A stretch of 63,373 bases of DNA, the filler included, from Octopus bimaculoides (taxonomy: Eukaryota): NCBI RefSeq assembly GCF_001194135.2. It is 9 parts of 7 records of this genome, joined end to end, with 100 filler letters (N's around TTAATTAATTAA, not from the genome) between each part and the next. Parts side by side here need not be neighbours in the genome. Positions count along the whole stretch, not along the records: positions 51,471 to 59,771 come from NC_069010.1; positions 59,872 to 61,275 come from NW_026439776.1; positions 61,376 to 63,373 come from NC_068988.1; 6 more parts are not named here. The stretch is one strand, 5' to 3'. Under the pieces are notes generated by a model. That model was not told the DNA's origin, ran no database searches, and worked only from the letters and a program-made list of their open reading frames with translations. The position numbers were made by a program, and so were the translations under genes. How positions within the stretch are numbered: position 1 is the first letter of the stretch; every line of letters begins with the position of its first letter. This document shows, in pieces, positions 52,518-63,373 of this stretch.

Positions 52518-52700
52518 TGAAGGCAGTGGTTAGAGCGTTGGGCTCATAATCATGAGGTAGTGAATTCAATTCCTGGACCAGGCCGTGTGTTGTGTTCTTG
52601 AGCAAGACACTTTATTTCATGTAGCTCCAGTTCACTCAGCTGTAGAAATAAGTTGTGATGTCACTGGTGCCAAGCTGTATCGGCCCCTTTGCCTTTCCTG
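52518..52700 (+). mobile_element. tRNA-derived SINE with CORE-like region
   Basis: cagtggttagagcgttggg...aattcaattcct...tgtgttcttgagcaagacact...cactcagctgtag. Related copies at ~53635 and ~9740. Confidence 0.65.
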
Positions 52701-54629
52701 CTGGTCTTCCATAAGACAACCTTGCCTGGACTTGTGCTTCAGAGCGGAACTTTCTAGGTGCAATTCCATGGTCAGTCATGATTGAAAGGGGCCTTTACCC
52801 TGTTCACTTTTTCTAGGGGTCTCTTTTACAGAACTGCTGTGTTATGGGAATGTAAACAAACCAACACCAGCTGTCTACCAGTGGAGGGAGACAAGCACAT
52901 GATAACTGTCTCACATTCAGGAGATAGTGAAGAAGGCCTGTGGTTGGGCCCAAGGTTGCCCAGAGGCTGTCATTGAGGCCAAAGGCAGGTTTGAGTAAGA
53001 TCAACAAACTGACCCAAATTTGATGAATATATCTGAAGAAATTAAAACACTTTTTTAATTTTTTTCTTGATAGTCATCATGCAGATGTATGTGTATAAGA
53101 GTTATATGTGTACATATACATATAAAGGTGTACAGGTATTTGAATATATTCATGTCAGCAAATGGAAGAATGAGTGTATCATAGTGAGGTCGAGGTAGGA
53201 AGTATAAATAATTTAGCTAATTCGGTCAACCAGAAATGAAACTGGCTGAAACTGTAGGTACATCTTAGATAAACCAGTTTTGTTTCTGGTTGACTGAAAT
53301 TTTTAATTACACACACACATTTATATGTAGATGTGTATGTGTGTATGGACATGTATATGTGTGTGTGTGTAATATGTCCAGCATGGAGGAGCAGGGAAAC
53401 CTATAATCTATTTGAGGAGTCAATGCTCGTTGTTGGTAACTGGATGTCACGTGCCACACACACACACACACACACAGAGGGTGTTCAGGCTAAATTTCAT
53501 GATTTTGTATGTCTCCATTTTTCAGTAACAGCTTGTATTGGGGAACGGTCAACAGCGTTGGAGAGCATAAAGGTGTTCAGAAGTCCACAGGAAATCATCT
53601 GAATATTGGAAAAGAGTTTCCTGTATGATGATGGTGAAGGCACGTGGCTTGATGGTTAGAGTATTCAGCTCGCGATAGTAAAAGTGATGAGTTCAATTCC
53701 TGGGAACACATTGTGTCCTTGAGCAAGACACNNNNNNNNNNNNNNNNNNNNNNNNNNNNNNNNNNNNNNNNNNNNNNNNNNNNNNNNNNNNNNNNNNNNN
53801 NNNNNNNNNNNNNNNNNNNNNNNNNNNNNNNNNNNNNNNNNNNNNNNNNNNNNNNNNNNNNNNNNNNNNNNNNNNNNNNNNNNNNNNNNNNNNNNNNNNN
53901 NNNNNNNNNNNNNNNNNNNNNNNNNNNNNNNNNNNNNNNNNNNNNNNNNNNNNNNNNNNNNNNNNNNNNNNNNNNNNNNNNNNNNNNNNNNNNNNNNNNN
54001 NNNNNNNNNNNNNNNNNNNNNNNNNNNNNNNNNNNNNNNNNNNNNNNNNNNNNNNNNNNNNNNNNNNNNNNNNNNNNNNNNNNNNNNNNNNNNNNNNNNN
54101 NNNNNNNNNNNNNNNNNNNNNNNNNNNNNNNNNNNNNNNNNNNNNNNNNNNNNNNNNNNNNNNNNNNNNNNNNNNNNNNNNNNNNNNNNNNNNNNNNNNN
54201 NNNNNNNNNNNNNNNNNNNNNNNNNNNNNNNNNNNGAGGGGGAGAGAGAGGGGGGAGGGGGAGAGAGAGCAACACACACACACACGTGTGTGAAACCACC
54301 TGCTGCTGGTAGTAGCGAGCAGTAATCACACCAGTATTGACAGCAAAGTTATAAATAGTTCACCTGTGTATCACCACTCCCAATGTCTGGACACAGATGG
54401 ATAAGAACAATAATAAAAGAGCAACAGTATTTAATATTTGATGTATTCATACGTTTAGAAGTATCTGCTGATTCACTCTGAATGTATGTAATATAGAATA
54501 CATCTGGTCATGCATGTGGTCCCCAATCTACATACCTGTGTATATATAAGCCATTTCCACATACTAACACGTACACAGGTGTGAGTAAGGAGTGACGGGA
54601 ATATCGTCATGTTGACACAACAACAAAGC

Positions 54630-54663
54630 GGGCGGTTGGAGTGAATTACTCTGATATATAAAG
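54630..54663 (+). promoter_or_regulatory. Candidate core promoter: GC box plus TATA box
   Basis: GGGCGG at 54630-54635 and TATATAAAG at 54655-54663, about 55 bp before a gcaccATGG start. Confidence 0.5.
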
Positions 54664-54718
54664 AGAAGAATCGAGTGGGAGAGCTTCTCATACCGCAGAT
54701 CGAAAGCGAGCAAGCACC

Positions 54719-55189
54719 ATGGAGAGAGCCCCACGCGATTTCGGGTCGGCCCCTGTTATCAGTCACGAAGAAGTACACACAACGGCCCCAACTGCGTCAC
54801 ACAGCATCGCTGTAGACCCTTCCGAAAAATACAGGGCTGAGTATAATAAACACGACAATAACGTTAACCTTGACCAAACGGCCGTCCCAGTTGTGGTTCA
54901 AGGAAGCAAACAGTCCGAGAAACCGAAAGACTTCGTCAACACTTCTTGTTTTGTAATCCTCGCTTGTAATTTCATATTTGGCCTCGTTGGCAGACATTAC
55001 GGACTAAAATCAAATTATGCTTGGCAACTCGGCGACACGGATACCGCAAGGAAGCAATCCAAAAGGGCCTTGATATTCAATGTCATTGGTATAATATGCG
55101 GACTTTTGACATACACTTTGGCACTTGTACTCTATTTAACAGTTTTCCGATCTAAGGCACCACCTTTGAAACCAGGTACATTTGGCTAA
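54719..55189 (+). CDS. CD225/dispanin-family membrane protein (IFITM/PRRT/SynDIG1/TMEM233-like), single-exon CDS
   Basis: PKDFVNTSCFVILACNFIFGLVGRHYGLKSNYAWQLGDTDTARKQSKRALIFNVIGIICG fits the CD225 pattern PxD-hydrophobic helix-GxxA-S-GD-A-S-A-TM. Strong Kozak context. Confidence 0.88.
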   Translation: MERAPRDFGSAPVISHEEVHTTAPTASHSIAVDPSEKYRAEYNKHDNNVNLDQTAVPVVVQGSKQSEKPKDFVNTSCFVILACNFIFGLVGRHYGLKSNYAWQLGDTDTARKQSKRALIFNVIGIICGLLTYTLALVLYLTVFRSKAPPLKPGTFG

Positions 55190-56244
55190 ACCCGTCTTCC
55201 CGTCTCTTTCATCTTTCTTTATTATCTCTATAAAACCACCTTATGGAATGAAAGCATACGTACACATACCAACCGGACTACGAGGGAGCTTCTACATGGT
55301 TGTTCATCTTCGTGATAATGGTTAAATCTTCCTCAAATAATATACAAATAATAATAATAATACAATCGGATTTTAAAAAAGATGAGACAAAGGACATATT
55401 GAGGGATGCGTAAAAACAGGGGCCACGAATGGAATGAACGGAATGTCTTTAATCACAGGTGGGGTTTAGGGTTTGTCTTGACCTATTCATATTCAACTAT
55501 TTCTGGCAGGAATACAAATACAGAAAAAAATGTTTAAATTTACATGGAAAAAAGAAAAAGAAACTTGTTCTCGGAATCGAGCCAAATTCAGGATTTAAAG
55601 AAGAAAAAAAGTGTTGAGGAGCATTGTAAATAATTATTTTCAATAATTTGGTTTATAGCAAAAAAAAAAAAAAAATGCAGTATAATCGATTCAAATTTGG
55701 TTTAAATTGTTGGATTGTGTTTTGACAAAATATCATAGGGTAAGAGGTTTCTGTCCTTAAATTATTGCGACAAACTATTCTTTATAAACAGACACATATT
55801 TAAGCAAAGCAAAACAGTGAGATTGTGTGGGCGAGGCCAGTCCACCTGGGCAGAAGTGTGTCCAGGTGGGCCAATTATGGGGACAGACCTATTATACGAG
55901 GGAACCAACTGCCTATTAAAGAAAAAAAACAAAAACTTCAACTCTGTCACACAAATCGTTTACTGTTGAGTGTCGAAAAAAAAGAGTATTCGATACCATA
56001 ATTTAATTACTCTATTTTGATCGGGTCACACCCTTGCAACTCCGTTTCATTTGGGGTTACGTAAGGAGTCTTTATCCATTTGTTGTTTACACCACCTGTC
56101 TTCGTCTGTTGTTTTTTTCGTAAATTCTCCCATATATATTATTTCTTTTAACTTTCTATTGTATATTCATGTATACTAGGTGTATACACACACACACCCT
56201 GACTGTTTCCTTATAACTTCTAGAAAAATATATATTTTTTAATA

Positions 56245-56362
56245 CTCTCTCTTTTACTTGTTTCAGTCATTTGACTGCGGCCATGCTGGAGCACCGCCTT
56301 TAGTCGAGCAAATCGACCCCGGGACTTATTCTTTGTAAGCCTAGTACTTATTCTATCGGTCA
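56245..56362 (-). mobile_element. SINE family B 3' part
   Basis: cttttacttgtttcagtcatttgactgcggccatgctggagcaccgcc. Confidence 0.8.
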
Positions 56363-56639
56363 ATTTTGGGGTACTTGTGTAGGTGTGTCCTCTTCTTCAA
56401 GGTGGCTGTGGCTTAGATAGATAAGTGTGTTCACTGTCCTAAAAATGTTTTCCTGCAACATTTTTTTCTTATGTCCTTTTTTTTTTTTTAACATTTTTTT
56501 TTCTCCCCTGAATTCCTTAAACATGATCATATATCTCTGATAACAGACACATCTCAGGTCTCACTCTGTTTCTGAAATAGAAAACCGTCCTTTTTGAAGA
56601 ATTCACATGTAAGTTAAAACCAGTCTTTCTTTCTTATAT

Positions 56640-56933
56640 ATCATCATCATCATCATCATCGTTTAACGTCCGCTTTCCATGCTAGCATGGGTTGGACGAT
56701 TTGACTGAGGACTGGTGAAACCGGATGGCTACACCAGGCTCCAATCTGATTTGGCAGGGTTTCTACAGCTGGATGCCCTCCCTAACGCCAACCACTCTGA
56801 GAGTGTAGTGGGTGCTTTTACATGCCACCGGCACGAAGGCCAGTCAGGCGGTACTGGCAACGGCCACGCTCAAATGGTGTATTTTATGTGCCACCTGCAC
56901 AAGAGCCAGTCCAGGGGCACTGGCAACGATCTC
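56640..56933 (-). mobile_element. SINE family A copy (runs into gap)
   Basis: Nearly identical to 45177-45480. Confidence 0.8.
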
Positions 56934-57870
56934 NNNNNNNNNNNNNNNNNNNNNNNNNNNNNNNNNNNNNNNNNNNNNNNNNNNNNNNNNNNNNNNNNNN
57001 NNNNNNNNNNNNNNNNNNNNNNNNNNNNNNNNNNNNNNNNNNNNNNNNNNNNNNNNNNNNNNNNNNNNNNNNNNNNNNNNNNNNNNNNNNNNNNNNNNNN
57101 NNNNNNNNNNNNNNNNNNNNNNNNNNNNNNNNNNNNNNNNNNNNNNNNNNNNNNNNNNNNNNNNNNNNNNNNNNNNNNNNNNNNNNNNNNNNNNNNNNNN
57201 NNNNNNNNNNNNNNNNNNNNNNNNNNNNNNNNNNNNNNNNNNNNNNNNNNNNNNNNNNNNNNNNNNNNNNNNNNNNNNNNNNNNNNNNNNNNNNNNNNNN
57301 NNNNNNNNNNNNNNNNNNNNNNNNNNNNNNNNNNNNNNNNNNNNNNNNNNNNNNNNNNNNNNNNNNNNNNNNNNNNNNNNNNNNNNNNNNNNNNNNNNNN
57401 NNNNNNNNNNNNNNNNNNNNNNNNNNNNNNNNNNNNNNNNNNNNNNNNNNNNNNNNNNNNNNNNNNNNNNNNNNNNNNNNNNNNNNNNNNNNNNNNNNNN
57501 NNNNNNNNNNNNNNNNNNNNNNNNNNNNNNNNNNNNNNNNNNNNNNNNNNNNNNNNNNNNNNNNNNNNNNNNNNNNNNNNNNNNNNNNNNNNNNNNNNNN
57601 NNNNNNNNNNNNNNNNNNNNNNNNNNNNNNNNNNNNNNNNNNNNNNNNNNNNNNNNNNNNNNNNNNNNNNNNNNNNNNNNNNNNNNNNNNNNNNNNNNNN
57701 NNNNNNNNNNNNNNNNNNNNNNNNNNNNNNNNNNNNNNNNNNNNNNNNNNNNNNNNNNNNNNNNNNNNNNNNNNNNNNNNNNNNNNNNNNNNNNNNNNNN
57801 NNNNNNNNNNNNNNNNNNNNNNNNNNNNNNNNNNNNNNNNNNNNNNNNNNNNNNNNNNNNNNNNNNNNNN

Positions 57871-57982
57871 GTCTGTGGAGTGCTCAGCCACTTGCACGTT
57901 AATTTCATGAGCAGGCTGTTCCGTTGATCGGATCAACTGGAACTCTCAACATCGTAAGCAACGGAGTGCGAACAACAACAAC
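57871..57982 (+). mobile_element. SINE family D 3' end with (AAC)n tail
   Basis: Reverse complement of part of 17600-17715. Confidence 0.75.
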
Positions 57983-59130
57983 AATATTGACTTGTATCCA
58001 TGATCTTACAATCATAGTTTCATTTCCAGGAATGGGCAGTGTATTGTGTTCTTGAGCAAAACTCTATCATTGCATGATTTGACTTTCTAGAACTTTCTCA
58101 TTGAACCCAATATAAAGGTGGTTTTTGGCAGTAACCCTGGAATATTGAAACTACCATTTGATGTCTCCATTCTCACTTCATCACCAACCACTGTCAGATT
58201 TCTCTCACCATAGCACAATTATTTTCCAGTTGTGAGGGGTCAGCCCCAATTGCTATTCCAGTTAGATTGCCACAGATCCCAGTAGTGTATCTCTCCTGGT
58301 GTATGTTTGTGGCTGTTAGTTTTTGTCAAAAGGCCAACACAGAAAACACTGTGCGCAGGAAATAAAGCTTCTGTTAATTGCTTGTGAATGCTGTTAATTA
58401 ATTACTTCTACAATCAGCCCTAGAAATACATTTTCATTCACCAGCTATTACCATGACAACCACAATGATGACAACATCCACGACAAGAACTTAACATGTA
58501 ATTTCATGACGGGAGGTTAGGTTATTAAAACATACATTAGAAAATAGGCTTTGTATCACAGAATCAGAGGTGGTGGTCTCAAATGGAATGATGTTACAAG
58601 AGTTAAACGCAAAGATTGCTTTAGTTGTTGTTCAATTTTTTTATTTCTGGATCACGTTTCAATTCCACATGGACCAAAACCTGACTTGCAGCAGTCTTTA
58701 TTTAGCTCCGAGTCAACCCTTTCATCAAAGACAACCCAGCCTTGACCATCCTGTAGGACTAAAAATTATCTATATGCTCTTGCCTGGTCTGATGGCAAAC
58801 TACATGTCCTGTGTGATCTGATGGCGATCTGGCAGCTATTTCTAGCAGGGTGAATAACCATGTACAAACCGTCCAACCCATGCTAGCATGGAAAGCGGAC
58901 GTTAAACGATGATGATGATGATGATGATGATGATCCTTCGTTATTCTTATGGCAAAAGAATTTCCTGGTTAGGAGGAAGACAAACAGGAGTGAGAGGAAG
59001 AGGGGTAGCATCCCTGACCTTTTACAGTGTTTGGGACTTGCAGGGTAGGGCTAACAGATGAAGACACAGCAACACAAAGATTGATGCATTTAGAATCCAA
59101 ATATTTGCAAATAGGGTAGACTTCCCTTAA

Positions 59131-59350
59131 CCCTTTAGCGTTCAAATTAAAATGTCAAAAGTAATCCTTATTCATTTACATTTTCAAAAGTTAATCTGGT
59201 ATTATCTTGTAGCTTCAAGGGTTGAAAGATGTAATTGTTTATTTTTAGAATGACATTGCAGGGTAGGTGTGAGATACTGGTTCTAGCCAGTTTGAGCATA
59301 AAATGAGTAGAATATTTGTGCCGGATATAGCCGGTTTGAACACTAAAGGG
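59131..59350. mobile_element. piggyBac-type MITE
   Basis: TTAA at 59127-59130 and 59351-59354. TIRs ccctttagcgttcaaa / tttgaacactaaaggg. Degenerate relatives at ~43960-44095 and ~44245-44400. Confidence 0.85.
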
Positions 59351-59564
59351 TTAAAATCCCCCGTGGTTCATGGAGGGGCATCAATGCTTTTGTGACCATA
59401 TTTCTGTTAGACTACGCTGCCTTTGTTTCAATTAATTTCGAAGATAATGAAGAATTTCGTTAAGATAACTTTGACATTATGAAACTGGTGATCAGAACTT
59501 AAATTTACATGAAAATTTGATGGAAAGTTTAAATTTAGACCTCTTTAAAACAAGAAGTTTGCAT

Positions 59565-59732
59565 AGGCACAGGAGTGACTGTGTGGTAAGTAGCTTGCTT
59601 ACCAACCACATGGTTCCGGGTTCAGTCCCACTGCGTGGCACCTTGGGCAAGTGTCTTCTACTATAGCCTCAGGCCGACCAAAGCCTTGCGAGTGGATTTG
59701 GTAGACGGAAACTGAAAGAAGCTCGTCGTATG

Positions 59733-59769
<37 letters not shown>

Positions 59770-60070
59770 TTNNNNNNNNNNNNNNNNNNNNNNNNNNNNN
59801 NNNNNNNNNNNNNNNTTAATTAATTAANNNNNNNNNNNNNNNNNNNNNNNNNNNNNNNNNNNNNNNNNNNNTGTGTGTGTGTTTGTTCCCCACTTGACAA
59901 CCAGTGTTGGTGTGTTTACATCCCTGTAACTTAGTAGTTTAGCAAAAGAGACTAATAGAGTAGGTACCAGTCTTTAAAACATAAGTACTGGGATTAATTC
60001 ATTTGACTAAAATTCTTCAAGGTGGTGCCCCAGCATGGCCACAGTCTAATGGCTGAAACAAGTAAAAGAT
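59565..60070 (+). mobile_element. SINE family B spanning an artificial linker
   Basis: 5' half before 59772 and 3' half after 59871. The linker falls in the internal microsatellite. Confidence 0.7.
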
Positions 60071-60089
60071 AGAAGATAATATATGTGTA

Positions 60090-60131
<42 letters not shown>

Positions 60132-60937
60132 AAACTTATTTGGGAAAGGATGCATGGTGTTCAATCATATAATAATATAAATAATATATAAATATATGCA
60201 TATAAGTTAAAGAATAAAAAGACTGGGTTAACGACTCAACATATCACACCCCCTCAATGAACATATATAAGAAGTACAGCATAATCCGTCAAACATAAGG
60301 AATAAGAAGAAATAACGCAAGCAGAAATAATAAATAAATAAAAAATATAGCATATAAAATTTTTATACACGAATATATTGTTTCAACCGATAACATGGAA
60401 CTGGAAAAAATTGAGTTAAAGGTATAAAGTTAAAAAGTTAAAATAAATACAAATAAGATTTAATACGGAAGGAGTAAAAATTTCAAATATATATAATAAT
60501 ATAATATAAGTCGATATAGTAAAATAAAATGACGTGAAGAAATGAGGTACCATAAAGTTGTCTATCGGTTGAAAAAACAAGGACAGGAGTGATTTGACAC
60601 CACTTAGAATTAAAGTTCAAAGTTCTTCAACTCCCTCGGGCACATTTCACACCTCAAAACCAGTAGACACCAAAAGGCAAGTTCGCACTAATCTGGCACA
60701 CACAAGAGCGAACAACAGGCACCCAGCAAGTATCAACAGGCAAAAGTTCAATTTCGCTCACCATGTCCAAAAAGGTTCACCACACATAAGTCAAAAACAA
60801 TTACAGCACACCGCAGGTATCCATCAGTAAAAACAATTTCATGAATTTCATACAATACCTATGGCCATTTTGGAGGTACAGCACTGTATTTCAAAACACA
60901 ATAGAGTGTAAATAGGTGATGACCCCCTTGTCAGGAT

Positions 60938-61275
60938 AAACACGTACAAATTCATGACATGCACAAGGGGAAAAAAATGTTTCTATAAAGAGCAAATATA
61001 TTTTTATTTTTATCTCTATACAGTTTCAAGAAGGTTCCTTCTTGAAACTGTATAGAGATAAAAAATAAATTTAAGAGTAATAAATAATAACAAATGTAAT
61101 AGTTAGGTCGGTTTTGATACTGCAGCCTGTTTGGCTATTCTAAAATGGCACTTTTTTGGGTGGGGGGAATCCTCCAATTATTTACATAGGCTGATCCATT
61201 TTGTTTATATATATTTGCTCTTTATAGAAATATTTTTTTTCCCTTTGTGCATGTCATGACTTTGTACGTGTGTTT
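60938..61275. repeat. Nested inverted repeats: ~65-bp outer arms with an inner perfect 27-bp hairpin
   Basis: 60938-61002 pairs with ~61205-61275. 61007-61033 pairs perfectly with 61038-61064 around loop GTTC. Confidence 0.88.
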
Positions 61276-63005
61276 NNNNNNNNNNNNNNNNNNNNNNNNN
61301 NNNNNNNNNNNNNNNNNNNTTAATTAATTAANNNNNNNNNNNNNNNNNNNNNNNNNNNNNNNNNNNNNNNNNNNNATATATATATATATGTATATATATA
61401 TGTATGCATGTATGTATATATATATGTATGCATGTATGTATATATATATGTATGTATATATATATGTCTGTATGTATATATATATGTATGTATGTATATA
61501 TATCTATGTATATATATAAAATCAAAATAAGCAACAGGATATCCATAGGTGATGCAGTATGACCTTTTCAAGTGGCTCCATTTATTTGAACAATGCAATC
61601 ATTACATCAATTTAAATGCAGGGCTATCCTCAGCTGCATAAATAAATAAATAAATAGAATTTCTTCATCAGTCGCACACATCAATATAATTTTACTTAAA
61701 TACTCTAATAGAGTAAGATGATAGACAAAGTCCATGCTGCCACTATTATAGCTTAGAATATACTAGACTTCAGAAAAAGTATAAAAGTTTGTTGGTGTGA
61801 TAGCGTGTAATGGATTTTGGTTCAGTTTTGATTTATCAGTCTTGTTTATCAATTACCAGCCCTAAGACAAGAGGACTGTGTCTGTTTAGAAAGTGCAGGA
61901 GTGAGTTAGTTGCCAGTACATAGTTGGATATGGTCAGAAATATTGTGAAGATTTTTTTGAAGTAGTATAAAGTAACTTACTATAAAGGAGGTTGGGTAGT
62001 GGAAGACCCCCAAATCAAGATGTTAATTACCAGTTAAAGGGACTAGACTCTAATAAAACCAATGATTTTAATGCAGAGGAAATTTTATCATGGAGTACTA
62101 TAGGTGATTGAGTATAAACAATATTGTTGTGTTGTATAAAGATAAAATTTAGGATCATCAAAAAAGATATAACCAAATAGATAAAATTTGTATATATACT
62201 AAATTTTCAAGAATAGAAAGAGATTACATAGAATTAGTTTCATATTCATTCATATACTTAATTATTTACTTATTAGATGGTTTCTATAAAGAGTGCTCCG
62301 GGTATTTACTAATAGAATATTGGAGTGATAAAACATGCTATCTATATATTAATTATAAGCTAAGTATCAGAAAAAAAAACTGGAAAAATAAAAGCTGTCT
62401 AAAAAAACACACACATATTTTCATCTATGTGTGCACATGCAAATATACACAAATATTTATGCATTATTATGGATATAATATAATTAACTCACTAAGAATC
62501 AATTAACTAGAAAGTATATATTTTTCTATTTAATTAAGGACAGTAACAACTTATAAAGGGATAAGAGGTTAATAGGTAAAGATATCAAAATAAGAAAACA
62601 ATATAAGAAAATTATAGAGAATAGTAAGAGAATATATATAAAAACTTACATTTTAAAGAGACAAGGTATTAAAATTTGAAGTAGGAGAGAGATAAAGATA
62701 ACCTCAAAGAAGAAGCAATAGGTATGGGAGTAGTGAGGGCATTTTTAGGTATTTAGACCGAAGAGGTATAAGTTGTAAGGTTATCAGTGCTATTACATAC
62801 ATATTATAATTTCATAGGGGTTACATTATTAGGAGATCTACTTACAGGAAGGCCATTATAAAAGTACATAATATGATCAGTAGGGTAGAACACCATAGAA
62901 AGGAATAGTTTAATCACTAAAACTATGATGAAGTCATACTAACTAGGCAGGAATATTCATAGGATAGTAACTACATGTAGCACACTGTTTACTATACCAT
63001 ATACA

Positions 63006-63373
63006 AATAATTACAGAGGCATCAAGCTGTTAGATCAGGTTATGAAAGTTACAGAGAGGGTCATAGCCCAACTAATTAGGGAGCGAATCAATTTAGATGA
63101 GATGCAGTTTGGGTTCGTGCCAGGTAAAAGCACTACTGATGCCTTATTTCTAGTAAGATAGCTGCAGGAGAAATACCTAGCCAAGGATAAACCTCTGTAC
63201 CTGGCTTTCGTTGACATGGAGAAAGCCTTTGACAGGGTCCCCCGATCCCTTATCTGGTGGTCAATGAGGAAACTTGGGATAGAAGAATGGTTAGTGAGAG
63301 CTGTGCGAGCCATGTACAGAGATGCTGCCAGTAAGGTGAGGGTTGGAAATGAGTACAGCAATGAATTCTGGGT
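63006..63373 (+). mobile_element. RTE-clade LINE reverse transcriptase fragment
   Basis: NYRGIKLL...QFGFVPGKSTTDA...R*LQEKY...LYLAFVDMEKAFDRVP...MY, with an in-frame stop at 63159-63161. Runs off the window end. Confidence 0.9.

Noticed and set aside
61500-63000. AT-rich unique-looking stretch, suspected numt or decayed retroelement
   Set aside because: No recognisable mitochondrial or RT motif in the frames I translated.

Overview
AT-rich, microsatellite-dense eukaryotic DNA, most likely from a coleoid cephalopod (Octopus). That assignment is an inference from the SINE families and repeat composition. Eight artificial 100-bp spacers (44 N + TTAATTAATTAA + 44 N) divide the window into nine separately assembled segments. 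Two host genes are well supported. The first is the 5' part of a Draper/CED-1/MEGF10-family engulfment receptor on the minus strand: six spliced coding exons at 22743-16472 encoding a signal peptide, an EMI domain and EGF repeats, none of it assembled in the ORF track. The second is an intronless CD225/dispanin (IFITM/PRRT/SynDIG-like) gene at 54719-55189 with a compact GC-box/TATA promoter. The rest is mostly mobile DNA: several tRNA-derived SINE families, four restriction-like-endonuclease LINE fragments (two sit inside microsatellites, one (TAA)n and one (CATA)n), RTE fragments, a mariner remnant, and hAT, piggyBac and other MITEs. The most striking structure is a degenerate Penelope-like retroelement (RT + GIY-YIG) bracketed by ~1-kb inverted repeats that each end in a type I minimal hammerhead ribozyme motif. 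Most SINE and repeat boundaries are approximate, and identities were judged by eye.
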